Positions 57,818 to 64,000 of a stretch of 64,000 bases of DNA are shown piece by piece. The position numbers and the translations under genes were made by a program. The stretch is from Bacteroidota bacterium (lineage in GTDB: Bacteria; Bacteroidota; Bacteroidia; Bacteroidales; WCHB1-69): NCBI GenBank assembly GCA_023413895.1, contig JAEZOU010000005.1, positions 20,275 through 84,274 on the forward strand. The letters run 5' to 3'. How positions within the stretch are numbered: position 1 is the stretch's first letter; each line of letters begins with the position of its first letter. The notes under the pieces are model-generated. The model was not told the origin of the DNA. It was given only the letters and a program-made list of their open reading frames with translations, and searched no databases.

Positions 57818-60604
57818 CTATTTGTTATTTCTGATTATAGCTAAAGATCCGCTATAATTAACAGTTTTTACTTTTCCTTTGTATTTGAAAACAAAGTAAT
57901 ATTCACCATCAGGAAGTCCTTCTCCACTGAACACTTGCTCACCTTCAAAGATCTCTTCTTGTTTCATATAGGTGTCGTAATTTTCAGCATAATATACACG
58001 TTTACCCCAGCGGTCGTAGATGAAAAGTTCATTGGTTCTGTAATCATCTGGGTCTTCAAAATTGATATTTGTATTTAAGTTTTTGATAGCGAATACATCG
58101 TTAGATCCGTCACCATTAGGGGTAATAATATTTGGGAAAATTAGGTCTTCGTCGATAGTAACCACGTGAGTAATTTGGCTTTGGCATCCGTATGCCGTAT
58201 TAATTGTGAATGTTACGTCGTAGTCACCCCATATACTATAAGTGTGAGAAGGAGACCATGCCGAAGAGTCTTGTGTGCCATCACCATAATCCCAGTGCCA
58301 AGATACGGTTGGGTCGTTTTGATAAAGTGTAGAATCGCAGTAGTTGATGAAGTTTACAACGCCTTCAGATTCTGAGTAGAGAGAAACTTCTGGGTCATAT
58401 TCAAAAGCAGCGATTGGTTGTGCATATACAGTAATAAAGTTCCATTTTACGATTGAATCAACGCATCCATTATCTGTAGTAACAATAAGTTGTACGTGGT
58501 AAGAACTTGGTTCATCTAATTCAAATCCAGGATTTTGAACATTGGAAGTTGCCACTAATTCGCCATCAAAATTGATAACTCTCCATTCGTAAGAAAGGCC
58601 GATATCTGTTGGAGTTGTAAGGTCGGTGAATTGAACTTTAAGAGGAGCGCATCCTTCATCAACATCGACTTCAAATTCAGGAACAGGTTGTGGGTTTACA
58701 GAAACGTACACTGTATCAGAACCTGTACAGATAAGCGTACTATCTTCGTTTACAGTAGTAATTCTCACGTAGTATTCACCTTCGGTAAGTACCATAATTT
58801 CGTCAGATGTTGCACCAGTATTCCACCAATAAGATACATTAGGGTGTTCATAATTAGCATTTAAGATAATCATTTCACCAGTACATAGCTTGGGATCTTC
58901 ACCCAAGTCAGGATTTGGAGCAGGAAGGATATTTACCGTGAAGCTACTATCATATTCGCAACCATATTCATCGATAATGGTAAAGTTGTAGTTAAATTGC
59001 CCATCATCAACAAGGTCGATTCTTGATGAGATGTTGGAGGTAGGATGGATATTAGCTCCGTCCCAAATAACAGTATCAATAGCTACATTATATTCCCATC
59101 CACCAGGGATAATAGATTGGTCAAGGGCTAACTCCCAGCGGAAGATATATCCGTTATCGGCAGCAAGGTGGTCGGTAACGGTGATTGTCCAAGTTCCGTT
59201 CAAGGGGCAGCCCAAGAGGTTTGTCATAGTTTGGTATGCACCATACGTTCCAGCATTTAATTGGCTATGGTTAGATTGTGTGTTGTTGCATGGGTCAGTA
59301 TAAGTCACTGTAGTTTTGGGGCCATCAGTTCCAAAAGGAACTGTAGAGGTTGGGCTGAATGTATAATCAAATCCAACTCCAGGAGTAAGGTAGCAAGGAT
59401 TATTGCTAGAGGGGTCTGGCGCAAAACCTAACCAAGTACCGCCACCGCTCAACGAACCAGGAGTTGCAACAGTAGTATTTCCTGTTAACGAAGGGTTGCT
59501 TGCGGAGTATGCTTTTAGCACTACGGTTTGTCCAGAAGGACAAGTAAGGCGTATAGATAAGTCTCCCATGTATGAGTGCTCTAAGCAGAGTGTAACACCT
59601 AACAAGTGGTTAATATTAGATAATGTTTGACCGGGATCGAAGATGTCGTAAACGAGGTCTGATGTATAGGAGATATTAGAACCATCGGGGAGGAAAGTGG
59701 TGTCTGCGTGAGATAGAGTACCGCTGACACTATGACCTACGGTAGTTACTTGAATATCTGCCAATGGGTCGGTACCTACACGCATATCCAAATGTCCGCC
59801 TGCGCACACATCAGGAATAGGAGGAATTCCTGCTAATGGGTTATCAGAAACTCTTACTCTACCTTTAAACAAAGAGTTAGAGTAGCAGCCCATAGTGTCA
59901 TAGCCATAAACTGTAAAATCCCATCCTTTTACTTCTTCGAAGCAACGGGTAATTACTCTTCCTGTATCTAATCCAGAGTATCCGAAACGCCAGATAAACA
60001 TTGTGTTGTTGTCGTCTTGGTGGTAGTTGATATTATTTTGGAAATAGTCACCCTTTACTGCGAAGTCAAGACAATCATTCATACAAGCGTTAAAGTAGAG
60101 TTCGTCAACGATAGGTTTAGTTGTGAGAGCGGGGTCGATAACAGCGTTAAAACCTTGGCAGGGAGCGCGGCAGGTGATGTCTGCTTCCCAGCCGATTTCG
60201 TTAGCGGATCCAGAAACGAATTCTATACAGATAGCACCATTAGATTGGTTAGTTGCTGTAGCTACGATAGCAAGTCCAGTTGGGTTAATAAATGCGTCGT
60301 AAGTTGCGATAATGTCTGCAGTATTTCCTGTAGGAGCAGCTGCATCCCAAATCGTCATTACAGCGCCTTCACCAACGGTGAATACGTTAAATACCAAGCG
60401 GATGGACATATTAGGGTTTCCGGGTTGGAATACGATTCTTGAGTTTTGGTTAGTACCGTGATTTCCTAAAGCACCGCCAGCATCGTAAAAAGTACCATTG
60501 CAAGTAACGATAGGGGTATTGTTAATGCTGTTAGGCATATTATACACTTGAGCGAATAGGCTCAGATTTGCCAAGCAAATCAAAAATAATAATACTCTTT
60601 TCAT
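57818..60604 (-). CDS. Large T9SS type-B cargo with a proprotein-convertase P-domain-like module, PKD-like repeats and a CHU_C C-terminal sorting domain
   Basis: 928 aa with a signal peptide. TLCLEHSYMGDLSIRLTCPSGQTVVLKA (P-domain signature), WDYGDGT..HTYSIWGDYDVTFTINT (PKD), and the C-terminus FPNIITPNGDGSNDVF...GEYYFVFKY...GSLAIIRN. Confidence 0.85.
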   Translation of the reverse strand: MKRVLLFLICLANLSLFAQVYNMPNSINNTPIVTCNGTFYDAGGALGNHGTNQNSRIVFQPGNPNMSIRLVFNVFTVGEGAVMTIWDAAAPTGNTADIIATYDAFINPTGLAIVATATNQSNGAICIEFVSGSANEIGWEADITCRAPCQGFNAVIDPALTTKPIVDELYFNACMNDCLDFAVKGDYFQNNINYHQDDNNTMFIWRFGYSGLDTGRVITRCFEEVKGWDFTVYGYDTMGCYSNSLFKGRVRVSDNPLAGIPPIPDVCAGGHLDMRVGTDPLADIQVTTVGHSVSGTLSHADTTFLPDGSNISYTSDLVYDIFDPGQTLSNINHLLGVTLCLEHSYMGDLSIRLTCPSGQTVVLKAYSASNPSLTGNTTVATPGSLSGGGTWLGFAPDPSSNNPCYLTPGVGFDYTFSPTSTVPFGTDGPKTTVTYTDPCNNTQSNHSQLNAGTYGAYQTMTNLLGCPLNGTWTITVTDHLAADNGYIFRWELALDQSIIPGGWEYNVAIDTVIWDGANIHPTSNISSRIDLVDDGQFNYNFTIIDEYGCEYDSSFTVNILPAPNPDLGEDPKLCTGEMIILNANYEHPNVSYWWNTGATSDEIMVLTEGEYYVRITTVNEDSTLICTGSDTVYVSVNPQPVPEFEVDVDEGCAPLKVQFTDLTTPTDIGLSYEWRVINFDGELVATSNVQNPGFELDEPSSYHVQLIVTTDNGCVDSIVKWNFITVYAQPIAAFEYDPEVSLYSESEGVVNFINYCDSTLYQNDPTVSWHWDYGDGTQDSSAWSPSHTYSIWGDYDVTFTINTAYGCQSQITHVVTIDEDLIFPNIITPNGDGSNDVFAIKNLNTNINFEDPDDYRTNELFIYDRWGKRVYYAENYDTYMKQEEIFEGEQVFSGEGLPDGEYYFVFKYKGKVKTVNYSGSLAIIRNNK

Positions 60605-60607
60605 AGC

Positions 60608-61048
60608 TTAACGGTTTAAATATTCTTTGAATTTATTTGTGATTTCGTTTCCTGGGTGGAACATAATAATTTTGTTAGTATTACCCAATCTGTAAATAGC
60701 TCCAGAAACAGGATTGATATTAATTTTGAATCGAAGTACGTTTAGTTTTTCCAAGCCTGCAGGTGAAAAATCAGGCATTTCGCCAACAGCAGGATTTCTA
60801 AGTGTTAGGCGTTCCATATCTTCCAAATCTTTTGCTTTTTCTTGAGGAATTTCAGCGATTGTATAAGATTGGTCAAGGAAGAAATTGTAGTACTCGATAG
60901 TGCGAGGACTTGTTTGTAAGAGGTGTTCAACGGTAGCTTTGTCGAAAGCTTCCCAAATGCGCGGATCTGGGGTAGGAGCCGAGCTGTTTTGTGCTAATGC
61001 CACTCCGAAGAAGGCGAAGCAGGTTAATAAAATTACAAGTTTTTTCAT
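60608..61048 (-). CDS. Small secreted protein of unknown function
   Basis: 146 aa with a signal peptide LVILLTCFAFFGVALAQ. Its stop lies 3 nt before the ATG of the 928-aa cargo gene. Confidence 0.5.
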   Translation of the reverse strand: MKKLVILLTCFAFFGVALAQNSSAPTPDPRIWEAFDKATVEHLLQTSPRTIEYYNFFLDQSYTIAEIPQEKAKDLEDMERLTLRNPAVGEMPDFSPAGLEKLNVLRFKININPVSGAIYRLGNTNKIIMFHPGNEITNKFKEYLNR

Positions 61049-61125
61049 CTTATTATAGTTTTAAATTTGTCGTTTTATATTGGAATGTCAATTTTTTTTG
61101 GCTTTTGTTCCCGAAAAAAGTTTTT

Positions 61126-61932
61126 TTATACAGAAATATTGAAGTCACGAAGCACTTCATTTAGTGATGTTTTTAGGTCAGTGCTAGTTTTTCGTTTTCC
61201 GATAATGAGTGCGCAGGAGACTTGAAACTCTCCAGCGGGGAATTTTTTAGGATATGTACCAGGAATCACAACAGAATTTTCTGGAACTATTCCTTTCATT
61301 TCTATAGGATTAGATTGGGTTACGTCAATAATTTTTGTGGATTGTGTAAGTACGACATTAGCACCGAGTACAGCACCTTTTTTTACGTGTACGCCTTCTA
61401 CAACGATAGCGCGAGATCCGATAAAGCAGTTATCTTCAATAATAACAGGAGAAGCTTGGAGAGGTTCTAGGACGCCGCCAATGCCGACGCCGCCGCTGAG
61501 GTGGACGTTTTTGCCAATTTGTGCGCAAGAACCTACGGTAGCCCATGTATCGACCATTGTGCCGCTATCAACGTATGCGCCGATGTTGACATACGAGGGC
61601 ATCATCACAACACCGGGTGCCAAGTAAGAACCATAGCGAGCCATGGCTTGAGGTACCACACGAACTTGTAAGTCAGCAAAGTTGCGTTTAAGTGGAATTT
61701 TGTCATAAAATTCAAAAGCTCCTGATTCGATAGTTTCGTTAGGACGTAATGAGAAATACAATAAAACGGCTTGCTTTACCCATTGATTGACAATCCATTC
61801 ATTATTAATAGGTTGAGTAACTCGAATCTCACCTTTGTCGAGCATTTCAATGGTGGTAAGAACCGCATCTTTGGCTTCTGCGGTGGATAAGAGTTCTCGA
61901 TTATTCCAAATTTCAGTTATCTTTTTTTTCAT
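61126..61932 (-). CDS. dapD: 2,3,4,5-tetrahydropyridine-2,6-dicarboxylate N-succinyltransferase
   Basis: Hexapeptide-repeat (LbH) region GAYVDSGTMVDTWATVGSCAQIGKNVHLSGGVGIGGVLEP..., with an N-terminal helical domain. The start is trimmed to ATG 61932 (the track start is TTG). Confidence 0.85.
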   Translation of the reverse strand: MKKKITEIWNNRELLSTAEAKDAVLTTIEMLDKGEIRVTQPINNEWIVNQWVKQAVLLYFSLRPNETIESGAFEFYDKIPLKRNFADLQVRVVPQAMARYGSYLAPGVVMMPSYVNIGAYVDSGTMVDTWATVGSCAQIGKNVHLSGGVGIGGVLEPLQASPVIIEDNCFIGSRAIVVEGVHVKKGAVLGANVVLTQSTKIIDVTQSNPIEMKGIVPENSVVIPGTYPKKFPAGEFQVSCALIIGKRKTSTDLKTSLNEVLRDFNISV

Positions 61933-61946
61933 AATATCCAAAACCG

Positions 61947-61954
61947 CAAAAGTA
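61947..61954 (-). promoter_or_regulatory. -7 promoter box (TACTTTTG on the minus strand) upstream of dapD
   Basis: Exact TAnnTTTG match 15 nt upstream of ATG 61932. Confidence 0.45.
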
Positions 61955-62062
61955 AGTATAATTTTTCAAAATTGCAAGGGAAAAATCGAGGTTCGTGCAA
62001 TTGTGTTTCAGTAGGTGCAGTTCGGGATTATTGCGTTACGTTGCAGTTTGTGCAAAAGGCAT

Positions 62063-62243
62063 GCGCAAGGGATAGAAGCGGTTATGAGCGCCGGATATGG
62101 GATTTAGAATTTTAGAACTTAAAGCTTAAAATTTGGATTGTTGAGAAAGATAGAGGTGAGTGAAAGAGGCGCGAAATTTGAGCGGATAGCCCGACGGCGA
62201 GCGTGGGGCTTTGTGCGGAGGGAGGGAGCCGGTGCGCCCAAAT
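62063..62243. repeat. GC-rich dispersed intergenic repeat, copy B
   Basis: It has the same ordered blocks as copy A (26119..26362): AGCGGTTATGAGC at 62077..62089, GCGAAATTTGAGCGGAtAGCCCGACGGCG at 62171..62199, and CGCCCAAAT at 62235..62243. It lacks a segment of about 65 bp that is present in copy A. Confidence 0.75.
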
Positions 62244-62244
62244 T

Positions 62245-62279
62245 ATAAAAAAGGAGATACACAAACTGCGTATCTCCTT
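62245..62279 (-). terminator. Rho-independent terminator after the type-A T9SS cargo gene
   Basis: On the minus strand: AAGGAGATAC-gcagtttgt-GTATCTCCTT followed by TTTTTT. Confidence 0.8.
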
Positions 62280-62303
62280 CGTTATTATGGAATTGAAATA
62301 GTA

Positions 62304-64000
62304 TTATCTCTTAACAAATCTCTTCGTTACCATTCCATCGTTAGTGTTGATGCGTACTAAGTACATACCATTTGCAAGTTGTGAAATGTTAACTTGATTA
62401 GATAAGTTTTGGATAGTGGAGTTAGAAATTAATTTTCCGTAAACGTCGAAGATTTGCATTTCAGCGCCGAGGAAACGAGTATCTGCTAAATTGATTTGAA
62501 TTTGAGAAGTTGCAGGATTAGGATATAGAGCCACAGCAGCATCGAGTGTGAGTTCATCAATGTTAGTTTCTTCTTCAAATTCAACAGCAATGGTATGGTT
62601 AGCAACAACGTTAGAGAAGGTGTACTCGTTATTTTCAGGAATTGTCGTTTCTACGTTGTCAACCAAAAGTCTGCTAATAGTAGCACCTGCATCAGCAGAG
62701 AATGTGAACGTTGCGTTTTCGCCTTCGTTTAAGGTAATAGTTCCGTTAGGTGTGATTGATCCGGGACCTGTAGCTGTAGCTGTAATAGTGTAAGTATTAA
62801 TAGGAGTTGCCAATGTTGTGAATGGGATATCGGCAGACCATTCGCTTTCGATTCCATCGCCGCAGATAGCTTTAACGTGCACTTCATAGTTGGTATTAGG
62901 AGTCAAGCTGATGATGTTGTAGGTTGGATTTTCAAGTGCGAGAAGCAATGTCCAGTTCATATCGCTTACGGCTTTGTATTCGAGTACCCAAGTGTCGGCT
63001 GGGCTTTCCCAAGTAACAGTAGCTGAAGTTTCGGTTGTGGTAACCTGAATATTTGTAGGAACATCGCATGGAATTGCAGGTTCTTGTAGTGTTGTAAAGG
63101 TTACCTCGTCACCATAGTTTGTTGTATTTGCAGTAGTTACAAAGGCACGATAGGTGTAGGAAGTGTTTGCATTTAGGTTGCTTAAGTTGTGAAGCATCAT
63201 ACTTCCTGTAGCATTTACCATTGTGTAGGTAGCATCATTGGTTTCTTTCCACTCAAAACCTTGTGCAATAATATTTTGGTTTCCTAAATCGGTGATTTGT
63301 CCTTTTAAGGTAGCTGCATTATGGGTAATGTTGATGGCGTTGTGTGTTACGATTGTAGGTTCAATAATCGTAGTTCCGGTATGTTCGTAAACAATTACTT
63401 TGTCTAAACCGATACCTCGTCCATAATTTAAGCGTGCTTCAAAGATGATTTGATATTGGTTAGAAGGGTTAGGTAAAGCTAAGGAATCAACTTGCCAAGA
63501 TGATATTTCATTGGTAAAAGAGGTAAGTAGAGTTAAAGAATCTGTTGGATTAGCTTTATAAAAAATATGAAGTTCATCTTGGTCACTCGCCCAAGATGTT
63601 TGGATATGAGAGAATTTGATATAAGGAGAACTTAGAGAAGTAAGATCGAAGATTGGAGATGCAAGTTGTGCAATATGACCATCGCCACTAGCTCTACATT
63701 CTGCAAAATTCAAACCATCAGGTATTGGTGCATTTCCATAGTAACTATTATAGGTAGTCCAATTGGCGCTTCCTGTAATGTTGGTATTGGTCCAGCAGCC
63801 TAAACTCAATTCGAAAGATTCCGTATAAGGGAAACTTGAAACCACATCGCAAGCTGTTAGCAAAGTAGTTGATACTAGGACTGAAGTACCATCTTCTGCA
63901 CCGCAATCTGCAGTTACATATACGGTATAGTGAGAACTTGGGTTAAGGCCAGTTAGTGTGATTGTGTTAGTAGATGCCGTAACGATAGTTCCATTGCCAA
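62304..64000 (-). CDS. T9SS type-A cargo: FN3 repeats, MAM/choice-of-anchor-J-like domain, InlB-B-repeat-like domain and Por C-terminal sorting domain (N-terminus beyond the right window edge)
   Basis: The frame stays open upstream of the track start. That start is a TTG inside ...GTIVTASTNTITLTGLNPSSHYTVYVTADCGAEDGTSVLVSTTLLTACD.... The C-terminus ALYPNPATSQIQINL...MQIFDVYGKLI...LANGMYLVRINTNDGMVTKRFVKR is a classic type-A T9SS CTD. Confidence 0.85.
   Translation of the reverse strand, partial: GNGTIVTASTNTITLTGLNPSSHYTVYVTADCGAEDGTSVLVSTTLLTACDVVSSFPYTESFELSLGCWTNTNITGSANWTTYNSYYGNAPIPDGLNFAECRASGDGHIAQLASPIFDLTSLSSPYIKFSHIQTSWASDQDELHIFYKANPTDSLTLLTSFTNEISSWQVDSLALPNPSNQYQIIFEARLNYGRGIGLDKVIVYEHTGTTIIEPTIVTHNAINITHNAATLKGQITDLGNQNIIAQGFEWKETNDATYTMVNATGSMMLHNLSNLNANTSYTYRAFVTTANTTNYGDEVTFTTLQEPAIPCDVPTNIQVTTTETSATVTWESPADTWVLEYKAVSDMNWTLLLALENPTYNIISLTPNTNYEVHVKAICGDGIESEWSADIPFTTLATPINTYTITATATGPGSITPNGTITLNEGENATFTFSADAGATISRLLVDNVETTIPENNEYTFSNVVANHTIAVEFEEETNIDELTLDAAVALYPNPATSQIQINLADTRFLGAEMQIFDVYGKLISNSTIQNLSNQVNISQLANGMYLVRINTNDGMVTKRFVKR

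Noticed and set aside
61955-62303. Lysine riboswitch upstream of dapD
   Set aside because: The dapD -7 box lies 15 nt from the ATG, so the GC-rich element is upstream of the promoter. A second copy of the same element (26119..26362) is not upstream of any gene. I did not recognise conserved L-box features.
1-64000. CRISPR arrays, prophage or mobile elements, rRNA genes, toxin-antitoxin or known defence systems
   Set aside because: I found no regularly spaced direct repeats, transposase, integrase, recombinase or phage-like ORFs, and no rRNA-like sequence. The only repeated DNA I found is the two-copy GC-rich intergenic element.

Overview
AT-rich, densely coding chromosomal segment from a member of the Bacteroidota. 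The assignment rests on a porP/sprF-gldK-gldL-gldM-gldN type IX secretion (T9SS)/gliding core operon, several proteins ending in T9SS C-terminal sorting domains, and TAnnTTTG -7 promoter boxes in front of most transcription units. I count about 60 protein genes and one tRNA-Gln(CUG). There is no rRNA, CRISPR array, transposase or integrase. Content by region: (a) 1-4.3 kb holds an ECF sigma factor, a coupled membrane protein, an M16-like protein and an FN3 surface protein. (b) 4.4-8 kb holds mpg, anmK and murB. (c) 8.2-17.8 kb holds a 1152-aa outer-membrane protein followed by porP-gldKLMN. (d) 17.9-34.8 kb holds housekeeping genes: leuS, a flippase, rubredoxin, trpS, ansA, rlmB, rseP, tRNA-Gln, an ABC-F ATPase, rsmE and an esterase. 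(e) 34.9-37.8 kb holds rnfDGEA. (f) 37.8-47.9 kb holds kdsD, queG, a DUF4292-like gene, a type-B T9SS cargo gene, pgi, tpiA, mreCD and a transketolase C-terminal half. (g) 48-49.6 kb holds a second ECF sigma module. (h) 49.7-56 kb holds rpsL-rpsG-fusA-rpsJ-rplC-rplD-rplW-rplB-rpsS. (i) 56-64 kb holds dtd, a methyltransferase, a second type-B cargo gene, dapD and a type-A cargo gene. Most unusual observations: (1) An ECF sigma factor is translationally coupled to a single-pass membrane protein whose only extracytoplasmic module is a T9SS type-B sorting domain. (2) A GC-rich intergenic repeat of about 180-245 bp occurs twice, 36 kb apart. (3) An uncharacterised 1152-aa outer-membrane protein sits directly in front of the T9SS core operon. 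(4) Several normally conserved operons are broken: S10 stops after rpsS, rnf lacks rnfB/rnfC, mreCD lacks mreB/mrdA/rodA, and the transketolase halves are unlinked. Two long ORFs that run off the window edges (1..1504 and 62304..64000, both minus strand) are missing or truncated in the supplied ORF track; I translated them by hand. All functional calls come from motif recognition in the translations. No database search was possible.
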